Part shown: positions 36,901 to 44,268 of the stretch, one piece after another
Numbering within the stretch: the first letter of the stretch is position 1
How the letters are laid out: every line of letters starts with the position of its first letter
NCBI GenBank assembly: GCA_900772475.1
Contig: CAAHEI010000074.1
Span: 83,008-147,007, forward strand
Direction of reading: 5' to 3'
Length of the DNA: 64,000 nt
Source of the DNA: Clostridia bacterium
Lineage (GTDB): Bacteria > Bacillota > Clostridia > TANB77 > CAG-465
Position numbers and translations under genes: made by a program
Notes under the pieces: generated by a model
Told to the model about the DNA's origin: nothing
The model's input: the letters and a program-made list of their open reading frames with translations, nothing else
Databases searched by the model: none

Positions 36901-39515
36901 GTAGTCCACTGTAGTAAATTTTTATGTGATATTAACATTCTATATATTGATTTTATAAAAGCATTTAAACATATATATGATTTATATGGAATCGTAACAA
37001 AGTTAAAACACATTGTTAAAAAAACAGCATCAATTCCATGAATAATTGGTATATATTGTACCTCTTTAGAATGTCTAATTTTTCCAAATAAAAGTATATC
37101 AAATATTGAAATAACATTTCCAAAATTAATTGCAACAAAAACTAAAAGGCAAGTTGCAGCAAATACTTTTGTAGAAACAAAGCAAGAAAGTATTATTGCA
37201 ATAAGAGCTACAACATCTAAAAGTGGTCTCCTTAAATTATCAAATATTTTCCATTTAGATAGTAAATTAAGTTTTGACTTAGGACTAATTAACCACTTTA
37301 TAATTTGCATATCTCCTCTATACCATCTATGTGATCTTTTCATATATGCAATATAATTTTTAGGAAAGCCATCTTGAACTTCTATGTCAGAAGCAAGTCC
37401 AGCTCTTAAGATTGAACCTTCCAATAGATCATGTGAAAGCACCAAATTTTCTGGTATTTCATTTGCAACTAATTTGTCAAATAATTCTATATTATATATT
37501 CCCTTACCACAAAATATTGCTTCTCCAAAAACATCTTGATAAACATCAGATACTGCAGTTGTATATATATCTAGGCCTCCAAACCCACCAAATATTTTTG
37601 AAAATATTGATTTGTTAGCATCGACAATATCAAGTCCAACTGAAGGTTGAATTAAGCCATATCCCTTTTTTACAATTTTACCATTCTTAGAAAGTATTGG
37701 TTTATTTAATGGATGAGCAACTATTGATACAAGATCCTTTGCTGTATTAAGAGATAAATTAGTATCTTCATCAATTGTAATTACGTATTTTGCATTTACA
37801 ATATCGTTGTATGTAACATAAAATCTTTTATCTACTTCTTCATCTGTGTATTTTCCTAGTACTAATTTATTAAATTCAAGTAACGCTCCTCTTTTTCTCT
37901 CCCATCCCATATAGCAGTTTTCACCTTTTGAGAACACACGTTTTCTATATACAAAATTAAATAATATATGAGATGATTTGTATTTAGCATTAAGCTTATC
38001 TAATTCTTGCTTGGCATAATCAAGTATTTTTTTATCCATATCTATAACTTCTTTATTACTTGATACGCAATCACCTATTAGCATATAGTACATATTATCA
38101 CTACGATTTGCAAGATATGTAACTTCCATTTTCTTTATCATTTGATCTAGTTTTTCTATAGAAGAAATAATTGTTGGCATGACAACATATGTCACGTTAT
38201 TTTCATCAACTGTTTTTGCAAAATCAAATCTAGGTAATATCTCTGGTCGTAAAGCTTTTCTAAAGAAGTAATTAACCAATTTTTGTGCACATTCAAAAGA
38301 CAATATAAACGTTATAACAAAAGCAACTATTATTGCACAAACTGATTTAAAATGGAATAAATTATATCCAATAAGTATAGTAAATTCTACCGTTAGTAAT
38401 AATATAATAAGAAGATACCATACAGTCTTTGTTGGTTCAATAAATTTATTATATATAACTTCTCCAATATATGATTTCTTTAACTCTTTTTTTAATAAAT
38501 ATCTATACTCTCCAATTAAGAAAAATCCTACGTGTTTTTTATATTTTTTAGAACACTCGACAGCTTTTTTAGCTACATATACTTCTGACAAGTTATATTT
38601 TTTCGCTAATTTTATAATATATTCTCTATATCTAGATTTTGTCTTATAATCACATTTTTTAAATTCGTTTGTATAATCAAGTCTTAAAGCTTCATCTATT
38701 TTACTTACTTTTTCAAATATTTCTCTAAAATTAATTCCTTGTATTTGTTTATATGCAAGAATTGCCCTACCAATATAGTCAGTGGTCTTAGCAATTTCCA
38801 TATGTTCTTTTATAATGGCTTCTTCAACAGTAAATCCAATTTTTTCTGCCTCATCTTTTAATCTATCAAAATATTTTTCACCTTTTGCGCCAAGCTCTTT
38901 TAATCTATATGACATATATTCTATAAAAGCTGTATTTGCAGTTTTTATATGATTTTCATTTATAATATAATCTTTTAAATAAAATTTCTTTCTTAAATTT
39001 AAAAATATCTCTTTACTATACTTAGAATCAGAATTTTCATTTATGATGATTTCTTCGACTTCAATTTTCTTAGCTTGAGAATTCGTAATATTTATACATA
39101 TTCTTGCAATAAATTTTAAAAGTGCAATTTTTAACATTAGAATAAAAAGATTAAGTTCTTCAGAAGTAAGATAAGATAATTTTTGATGTTCTTTTAAACA
39201 ATTCAAAATTAAATTCTGATCAATGTATCCAGTATTCTGTTCAACAAGTTCGTAAGCAAGATAAAAAATAGAAATATATTTATCCCCATCATGTGTTATA
39301 ATAGCAGGAAGCTTTTTAGACTTTAAAGATCTTCTTAATTCTTTTATTTCTTCATACTGTTCTTCTATAATATACATATTGTCAAGTATCCACTGTCCAG
39401 CAGAATGAATAGGTATTTTTAGTTCATAACTACTTTCAAGTAACTTATGTGTTTTACATATAATATTATAATTTTGCTCTGCATTTTTAAATATTGAATT
39501 TAGCGTGTGTTTCAT
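33912..39515 (-). CDS. cgs: Cyclic beta-1,2-glucan synthase-like protein: N-terminal cytoplasmic region, TM segments, GT84-type processive glycosyltransferase, (alpha/alpha)6 glucoamylase-like (cyclization-type) domain and a first GH94 N-terminal-like domain
   Basis: AGQWILDNMYIIEEQ (Cgs N-terminal signature), IDEDTNL (DxD), SHDLLEGSILRAG and RSHRWYRGDMQ (QxxRW-type). Then TSSTNIGFALLSIIDAYDL, VDSGNFVASLY, WSGTAFEYFMPYLF, ISESAY, GLKRG and YMAHHQGMIL. The start was moved to ATG 39515 (SD AGAGGGG, 9-nt spacing). Confidence 0.85.
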   Translation of the reverse strand: MKHTLNSIFKNAEQNYNIICKTHKLLESSYELKIPIHSAGQWILDNMYIIEEQYEEIKELRRSLKSKKLPAIITHDGDKYISIFYLAYELVEQNTGYIDQNLILNCLKEHQKLSYLTSEELNLFILMLKIALLKFIARICINITNSQAKKIEVEEIIINENSDSKYSKEIFLNLRKKFYLKDYIINENHIKTANTAFIEYMSYRLKELGAKGEKYFDRLKDEAEKIGFTVEEAIIKEHMEIAKTTDYIGRAILAYKQIQGINFREIFEKVSKIDEALRLDYTNEFKKCDYKTKSRYREYIIKLAKKYNLSEVYVAKKAVECSKKYKKHVGFFLIGEYRYLLKKELKKSYIGEVIYNKFIEPTKTVWYLLIILLLTVEFTILIGYNLFHFKSVCAIIVAFVITFILSFECAQKLVNYFFRKALRPEILPRFDFAKTVDENNVTYVVMPTIISSIEKLDQMIKKMEVTYLANRSDNMYYMLIGDCVSSNKEVIDMDKKILDYAKQELDKLNAKYKSSHILFNFVYRKRVFSKGENCYMGWERKRGALLEFNKLVLGKYTDEEVDKRFYVTYNDIVNAKYVITIDEDTNLSLNTAKDLVSIVAHPLNKPILSKNGKIVKKGYGLIQPSVGLDIVDANKSIFSKIFGGFGGLDIYTTAVSDVYQDVFGEAIFCGKGIYNIELFDKLVANEIPENLVLSHDLLEGSILRAGLASDIEVQDGFPKNYIAYMKRSHRWYRGDMQIIKWLISPKSKLNLLSKWKIFDNLRRPLLDVVALIAIILSCFVSTKVFAATCLLVFVAINFGNVISIFDILLFGKIRHSKEVQYIPIIHGIDAVFLTMCFNFVTIPYKSYICLNAFIKSIYRMLISHKNLLQWTTGEMLDKTSKNTLKYYYFNMLPNVIVGAFVAFIPFLPSSIGLDLYFDFKILIGISMIIAPIFAYLLGKDHLFGRRKKLDQKGNDDVIEIARRTWGFFDSMMSDVNNYLPTDNYQEDRRYKIVNRTSSTNIGFALLSIIDAYDLKFIDANECIDRLQKVFNTILKLEKWNGHLYNWYNIKTLEPLRPRFISTVDSGNFVASLYVTKQFLIELLGHNKFEKEIEVENEHLINQIIEIVQKIIDETDFTVLYDTSRNLFSIGYAQENGKLVDSYYDMLMSESRTTSLIAIASRQVTSKHWFALSRNLVKVDGYKGLISWSGTAFEYFMPYLFDKSYEHTLIDQSLFFTMYSQIKYAKENNVPFGISESAYAVKDDMLNYQYKEFGIPWLGLKRGLNNYLVVAPYASILMLEYSPQKVYKNIKKLKKLGMYSAFGFYESIDYTKEHLDENSTSKIAKTYMAHHQGMILTAINNYINSGIIQRRFHRNPNIRACEILLKERERMKAKIKKKLSDNSNKFKQKNLNKYTTHVTCDYAERVYVDENPDFKQNLDIAFLRGSNMSSLITNTGSSFIKYKDKIVNKQRYTDIESTGNFVYLTDKVSGNRFSATDGNILSTNNKNSTKCVWTSSLNRVETYIEDGNLETTTTTFISPEYNVEIKKVSIYNNTSLRREILINTYMEPAMTDYMTNVVHPSFSNLQIETYYDDDLDILVASKRKKNEEDTDLFVYTKLIGIDLDKEVETEKQKIIKNPDEAYNQNVVKYPLWPILSYRATIILDPHERQEFYYILGVADSKYKISNTVVNLDEVTIDEHFKLASELNSIQARYLKLENGKAQVYNNILKDVLFRKTNLNNNKFWNESLNQSILWKYSISGDLPIILVYVDKIENAGIINEVISFMDYVKSRKIDLDIVILIDEAQKQNGPIYTYLRTRLDRAIFSDITKGNIYLLNINVLNKNEIDLLSFLAKRYIKDVRELLTVSEENDTADELVNKELTYDHREDV

Positions 39516-39556
39516 TAGATTCAACCCCTCTTTAACGTATATTTATTTACATCATA

Positions 39557-39585
39557 ATTATATATTATATCAAAACTTTTTACAA
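39557..39585 (-). promoter_or_regulatory. Candidate promoter of the glucan-synthase operon
   Basis: Minus strand reads TTGTAA, 17-nt spacer, TATAAT, about 40 nt upstream of ATG 39515. AT-rich context makes chance matches likely. Confidence 0.35.
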
Positions 39586-40044
39586 GATTTTAGGATAATT
39601 TATTATATTAAATTTAATCAGTATTTATTATTTGTAATATGGTTCATAATATTCAAGCTAATATAATATTGTAAAAAACAAAAACACATGTATGATATTA
39701 ATTATATTTGAATGACGCAAAATATTTGTTCTCTATATACTTTTTAATTAATATAAATAAATACATAAATATTATGCATTTTAGAATATACATTTCATTT
39801 TTTTACAAATAAGTTATTCTTTATTTTTTTATTCCAATATAACATAGTATTTAATTTCTAGTGAAAAATTTAATTGGTTTGATGTATAATTATTTATAAT
39901 CTAATTAATTTTATTCATAATTGGCAAAGATTTTTCATTCAAGATAATTATATCATACGTTTGTTCTGCATAAAATATTTATTGCATATTTTTATATACT
40001 TTTCATCGCATTTTTCTACAAAGAAAGAGATAATTCCCATAATA

Positions 40045-40078
40045 CAAAAAATGAGTGAAAATTTTTCACTCATTTTTA
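40045..40078 (-). terminator. Intrinsic terminator ending the mini-ORF transcript (palindromic, potentially bidirectional)
   Basis: Hairpin ATGAGTGA-aaattttt-TCACTCAT, flanked by A6 (T6 on the minus strand) and T4. Confidence 0.7.
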
Positions 40079-40113
40079 TATAGAACTTTAAAAAGTAACA
40101 TCAAATCTAAGTC

Positions 40114-40149
40114 CTAAGTAAAACCAGAATAATAAATCATAGGTTTCAT
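40114..40149 (-). CDS. Candidate mini-ORF B, copy 2: MKPMIYYSGFT (11 aa)
   Basis: SD AAGGAG lies 9 nt upstream of the ATG; TAG stop. The peptide is identical to copy 1. Confidence 0.3.
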   Translation of the reverse strand: MKPMIYYSGFT

Positions 40150-40183
40150 TTGTTTTTTCTCCTTAAAAAGCACCGAACAAAAT

Positions 40184-40216
40184 TTAAACTATAATGTTGG
40201 ATATGAATACAATCAT
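40184..40216 (-). CDS. Candidate mini-ORF A, copy 2: MIVFISNIIV (10 aa)
   Basis: SD AAGGAGGG lies about 10 nt upstream of the ATG; TAA stop. Confidence 0.3.
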   Translation of the reverse strand: MIVFISNIIV

Positions 40217-40287
40217 ATATTAAAACCCTCCTTAAAAGCCTGCACAAAATTTAATTAGAACTAAAATTTTAATTTCATATTCTAGTG

Positions 40288-40323
40288 CTAAGTAAAACCA
40301 GAATAATAAATCATAGGTTTCAT
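40288..40323 (-). CDS. Candidate mini-ORF B, copy 1: MKPMIYYSGFT (11 aa)
   Basis: SD AAGGAG lies 6-7 nt upstream of the ATG; TAG stop. Confidence 0.3.
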   Translation of the reverse strand: MKPMIYYSGFT

Positions 40324-40354
40324 TTTTTTCTCCTTAAAAAGCACCGAACAAAAT

Positions 40355-40387
40355 TTAATCTATAATGTTGGATATGAATACAATCAT
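40355..40387 (-). CDS. Candidate mini-ORF A, copy 1: MIVFISNIID (10 aa)
   Basis: SD AAAGGAGTG lies about 10 nt upstream of the ATG; TAA stop. This is the first cistron after the consensus promoter. Confidence 0.3.
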   Translation of the reverse strand: MIVFISNIID

Positions 40388-40421
40388 ATATTAAAACACT
40401 CCTTTTAAATAAAGTTAATTA

Positions 40422-40443
40422 AATATTTCAAATTTGAAATATT
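40422..40443. promoter_or_regulatory. Perfect 22-bp palindrome (candidate operator) in the 5' leader of the mini-ORF transcript
   Basis: AATATTTCAAATTTGAAATATT lies about 20-40 nt downstream of the predicted transcription start. It is adjacent to the 5' stem-loop TTGTAAG-ttttg-CTTACAA (40445-40463). Confidence 0.35.
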
Positions 40444-40467
40444 ATTGTAAGTTTTGCTTACAACTAT

Positions 40468-40496
40468 ATTATAGCATATTTTTAATATTATGTCAA
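40468..40496 (-). promoter_or_regulatory. Consensus sigma-A promoter driving the mini-ORF array
   Basis: Minus strand reads TTGACA, TAATATTAAAAATATGC (17 nt), TATAAT. Both hexamers match the consensus perfectly. Confidence 0.6.
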
Positions 40497-40684
40497 CGCT
40501 TTTTCGCTTTTTTTATTTTTTAAAATAATTTTATAATATTAACTTTAATCAATATTTAATATTTGTAATATATTTGACATATATGCAATTTAAAATATCT
40601 ATATAGAAAATAGAGATTAAACTAAGTTAATCTCTACTATTTTAAATATCCTTTATGCTTTTGTTTACCTTTCTATTTGATTGG

Positions 40685-40846
40685 CTACATACCTCTTTCT
40701 TTTTTGTTCTGTTCAATTTTAGGTTCAATTGATTTGTTTAATTCATTAATATATTCTCTTGGAACAACATATGCAATCCTACCTTCATGTTTTACACTAC
40801 TTGCCGATTTTGCCAATAGTTGAACTCTTTTTAATAATTTAGACAA
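40685..40846 (-). CDS. Small hypothetical protein (53 aa, MSKLLKRVQLLAKSASSVKHEGRIAYVVPREYINELNKSIEPKIEQNKKERGM)
   Basis: Not in the ORF track because it is under 60 aa. TTG start with SD AAGGAGG 8 nt upstream. Candidate promoter TTGCAC-17-TAAAAT lies upstream, and the terminator hairpin TAGAGATTAA/TTAATCTCTA at 40611-40636 lies downstream. Confidence 0.45.
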   Translation of the reverse strand: MSKLLKRVQLLAKSASSVKHEGRIAYVVPREYINELNKSIEPKIEQNKKERGM

Positions 40847-40995
40847 CGTTTTTTCCTCCTTAAATAGTTATTTTATATTTATTTTTATAGGATTTTATGC
40901 TTTATTTGATTACCATTTTAACATATTATTATTAAATGTGCAACTATATTTTATGTTAAAATAGCGGCTAATTTCTAACCGCTATCTTTAATTTA

Positions 40996-42810
40996 TTATT
41001 TACTATTTTTAGCTCTTATTCTCATAGTAGGATCTAGTATTTTCTTTCTTAAACGAATATTTTCTGGTGTTACCTCAACTAATTCATCATCAGATATAAA
41101 CTCAATTGATTGCTCAAGTGACATTGTAACTGGTGGTACAAGTTTTAATGCATCATCACTTCCTGAAGCACGTGTATTTGTTAAATGTTTTTCTTTACAT
41201 ACATTAACTGTTAAATCATCACTTCTAGAATTTTCACCAACTATCATACCTTGATATACTTCTGTACCAGGTCCAATGAAAAGAGTTGATCTTTCTTGTG
41301 CTTGGAAAAGTCCATATCCAGTTGCTTTACCAGCTTCAAAAGCAATAACAGCTCCTCTTTGTCTTGTTTCAATTTCACCTTTATCTGGTTCATATCCAGC
41401 AAATATATGATTTATCATACCGTTACCTTTTGTATCAGTCATAAACTCATTTCTAAATCCTATAAGTCCACGAGCAGGTACTTTAAATTCAAGTCTTGTA
41501 TATCCTGCATTAGATGTAGATGGAGTCATATTTGTCATTTCACCTTTTCTGTATCCCATTTTTTGCATTACAGTACCAACAAATTCCTCTGGAACATCAA
41601 TAGTTGCCATTTCCATTGGTTCACATTTTACGCCATCAATAACTTTATATATAACTTTTGGACGAGATACAAGAAGTTCATAACCTTCTCTTCTCATATT
41701 TTCTATTAAAATAGATAAATGAAGTTCTCCTCTACCTGATACATTAAAGCTATCTGATGTTTCTGTTTCTTCAACTTTTAAAGAAACGTTTGTTTCTAAT
41801 TCTTTAAATAATCTATCTCTTAAATGTCTAGAAGTAATAAACTTACCTTCTTTTCCAGCTAAAGGTCCATTATTTACACTAAATGTCATAGAAACAGTAG
41901 GTTCATCAATATCTACAAATGGAACAGCTACAGGATTTTCAGGATCAGCTATTGTCTCACCTATATTAATTCCTATAACACCATTTACAGCAACTATATC
42001 TCCGCAATGTGCAACTTCAGTTTCTACTCTCTTAAGTCCAGAATATGTATACAATTTACCAATTCTTAACTTTTGAATTGTTCCATCTTTTTTACATATT
42101 GCAACTTCTTGTCCATTTTTTATGCAACCTTTTGTTATTCTACCAATACCAACTCTTCCTGTATATTCATCAGAGTCAATATTTGCAACTAATAATTGTA
42201 AAGGTTCACTGTCTTCACCAGCAGGTTCTGGAATAGTATTTACAATTGTTTCGAATAAAGGTTTCATATTATCGCTTTTATCATTTAAGTCAGTCATTGC
42301 ATATCCATTTTTTGCAGATGCATATACAACTTTGAAATCAAGTTGTTCATCTGATGCATTAAGATCCATGAAAAGTTCTAAAACTTCATCTACAACTTCT
42401 GTTGGTCTTGCTCCTGGTCTATCTACTTTATTTACAACAACAATTGGTACAAGATTAAGTGCTAAAGCTTTACTTAAAACAAATCTTGTTTGTGGCATTG
42501 GACCATCAAAAGCATCAACTACTAGTATAACACCATCAACCATTTTAAGTACACGTTCAACTTCTCCACCAAAATCAGCATGTCCTGGAGTATCAACAAT
42601 ATTTATTTTTATATCATTATACTTTACAGCTGTATTTTTTGATAGAATTGTTATTCCTCTTTCTTTTTCTATATCATTTGAGTCCATAACTCTTTCTGCT
42701 ACTTGTTCATTTTCTCTAAAAGTACCACTTTGTTTTAAAAGAGCATCAACAAGTGTAGTTTTACCATGATCAACATGGGCAACAATTGCAACATTTCTCA
42801 AGTTCTTCAT
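40996..42810 (-). CDS. typA: Translational GTPase TypA/BipA
   Basis: NVAIVAHVDHGKTTLVD, DTPGHADFGGEVER and NKVD GTPase motifs, with BipA-type C-terminal domains. The start was moved to ATG 42810. Terminator hairpin at 40961-40985. Confidence 0.95.
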   Translation of the reverse strand: MKNLRNVAIVAHVDHGKTTLVDALLKQSGTFRENEQVAERVMDSNDIEKERGITILSKNTAVKYNDIKINIVDTPGHADFGGEVERVLKMVDGVILVVDAFDGPMPQTRFVLSKALALNLVPIVVVNKVDRPGARPTEVVDEVLELFMDLNASDEQLDFKVVYASAKNGYAMTDLNDKSDNMKPLFETIVNTIPEPAGEDSEPLQLLVANIDSDEYTGRVGIGRITKGCIKNGQEVAICKKDGTIQKLRIGKLYTYSGLKRVETEVAHCGDIVAVNGVIGINIGETIADPENPVAVPFVDIDEPTVSMTFSVNNGPLAGKEGKFITSRHLRDRLFKELETNVSLKVEETETSDSFNVSGRGELHLSILIENMRREGYELLVSRPKVIYKVIDGVKCEPMEMATIDVPEEFVGTVMQKMGYRKGEMTNMTPSTSNAGYTRLEFKVPARGLIGFRNEFMTDTKGNGMINHIFAGYEPDKGEIETRQRGAVIAFEAGKATGYGLFQAQERSTLFIGPGTEVYQGMIVGENSRSDDLTVNVCKEKHLTNTRASGSDDALKLVPPVTMSLEQSIEFISDDELVEVTPENIRLRKKILDPTMRIRAKNSK

Positions 42811-42976
42811 ATTTCTTCTTCCCTTCCATTTATATATATATAACATCTATACAAAATATAACGTTATCCCAAAAAATATAACCTAAAAATTAGGTTATAC
42901 ATATATCTTAAATATTTTACATCAAATAAAAAATTTTGTCAATATTTTTAGAAGAAATTATGTAAATAATCTTTCT

Positions 42977-43576
42977 CTATTTATTTGGATTTAAATCATA
43001 AATTGTATCAAGTAAATTTTGTGATTTAGTTTTTACATATTCCTTATCTTTTATTCTTGACTTGTCTATTGTTATAGCATCACCAAAAGTAACTGTCATT
43101 TTAGAAAACTTCTTAGGATTTTTAGTCACATACACAGGTATTATTGGTACTCCTGCTTCTGCTGCTATAAATACAGGACCTGCTTTAGCTGTTCCTCTTG
43201 GCTCATCTACATTCATTCTTTCTCCTTCAATATATATTAATAATTTTCTTTTATCAACTTTTCTAAACAGTTTAATTGCATGTAAAAGGCTTTTTGCATC
43301 ATGACTTCCTCTACGAATTGGAAAAACATCAAAATATCTAAAAAGTGCTCCTAAAACTTTATTTTCAAAAAGTTCTGCCTTGGCCATAATACACAAATCA
43401 TTCGTTTTAGCATATATAAAACATGGATCAAATTTATCGGAATGGTTTGGGCATATAAGGCATTTATCATATTTTTTTAATTCTTCTAGATTATAATATT
43501 TTACTCTATATAGGAAATGTGTAAATACTAAATTTACAAAAGATCTCACTATTCTTTTTATAACTTTTTTTATCAT
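42977..43576 (-). CDS. plsC: 1-acyl-sn-glycerol-3-phosphate acyltransferase (LPLAT family)
   Basis: HxxxxD motif (PNHSDKFD), FPIRRG and YIEGER blocks. Confidence 0.8.
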   Translation of the reverse strand: MIKKVIKRIVRSFVNLVFTHFLYRVKYYNLEELKKYDKCLICPNHSDKFDPCFIYAKTNDLCIMAKAELFENKVLGALFRYFDVFPIRRGSHDAKSLLHAIKLFRKVDKRKLLIYIEGERMNVDEPRGTAKAGPVFIAAEAGVPIIPVYVTKNPKKFSKMTVTFGDAITIDKSRIKDKEYVKTKSQNLLDTIYDLNPNK

Positions 43577-43578
43577 AA

Positions 43579-44268
43579 TTATATTAAGCCTATCCTTTCT
43601 CTTAGAATATCAAGTATTGAATTTGTAGTTTCTTCAACTGTACAATTAGATGTGTCAATTAATATAGAGCCTTTGGCCTTTTTTAAAGGAGAATCTGTTC
43701 TTGTGCTATCTTGTGTGTCTCTTTTTATTAAATCATTTTTTACATTTTCAAGTTTTACACTACTATCTTTTTTCTTTAAATCGTTATATCTTCTTGATGA
43801 GCGTATATCTATATTTGATGTAAAAAATAACTTAATATCTGCATTTGGAAATATAACAGTTGCTGCATCTCTTCCTTCAATTACAACACTTTGAGTTCCT
43901 GCAAGTGCTCTTTGCTTTTGTACAAGATGTTCTCTTACTTTACTATTTTTTGATACATTAGAAGCTGCCATTGAAACTTCTTCTGTACGTATTTTATCTG
44001 TTACATTTTCTCCATTTAAATATACTTCATTTTCTCCATTACTATTTATTTTTAAATCTACATTTATTTTTTCTAAGTTATTTTCAATGTTTTTATCATT
44101 AATTTCTATTTTATTATTTAAAAAATATAGTCCTGTTGCTCTATACATTGCCCCTGTATCAATATATATAATTCCTAGTTTCTTACTTAAAGCTTTTGAT
44201 ACTGTTGTTTTGCCAACTCCAGAGCCACCATCTATTGCTATTATGCATTTTTTTGCAAGTTTACACAT
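43579..44268 (-). CDS. cmk: Cytidylate kinase
   Basis: IAIDGGSGVGKTTVSKALSKKLGIIYIDTGAMYRA. The start was moved to ATG 44268 (SD AAAGGTGG). Confidence 0.9.
   Translation of the reverse strand: MCKLAKKCIIAIDGGSGVGKTTVSKALSKKLGIIYIDTGAMYRATGLYFLNNKIEINDKNIENNLEKINVDLKINSNGENEVYLNGENVTDKIRTEEVSMAASNVSKNSKVREHLVQKQRALAGTQSVVIEGRDAATVIFPNADIKLFFTSNIDIRSSRRYNDLKKKDSSVKLENVKNDLIKRDTQDSTRTDSPLKKAKGSILIDTSNCTVEETTNSILDILRERIGLI

Larger units (their letters stand above)
40105..40406 (-). repeat. Two direct copies (40105-40234 and 40279-40406) of a roughly 130-nt unit, each carrying the mini-ORF A/B pair
   Basis: The copies align with only a few substitutions and one 3-nt indel. The period is 171-174 nt, with a 44-nt unique spacer. 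Confidence 0.9.

Noticed and set aside
40105-40406. The direct repeats could be a CRISPR array.
   Set aside because: There are only two copies. The units are about 130 nt rather than 24-48 nt. The 44-nt spacer is shorter than the repeat. No cas genes are present in the window, and the units carry SD+ATG mini-ORFs.
42122-42769. A 215-aa plus-strand ORF, with similar long antisense ORFs at 41296..41709, 10202..10696, 53978..54421, 62276..62632, 62547..62948, 1616..1858, 33217..33525 and 8336..8593.
   Set aside because: All lie antisense to well-supported genes (typA, the flippase, U32, rnhB/rsmI, abrB, GH94). They have S/T/F/L/I-rich low-complexity translations and no SD, as expected for shadow ORFs in AT-rich DNA.
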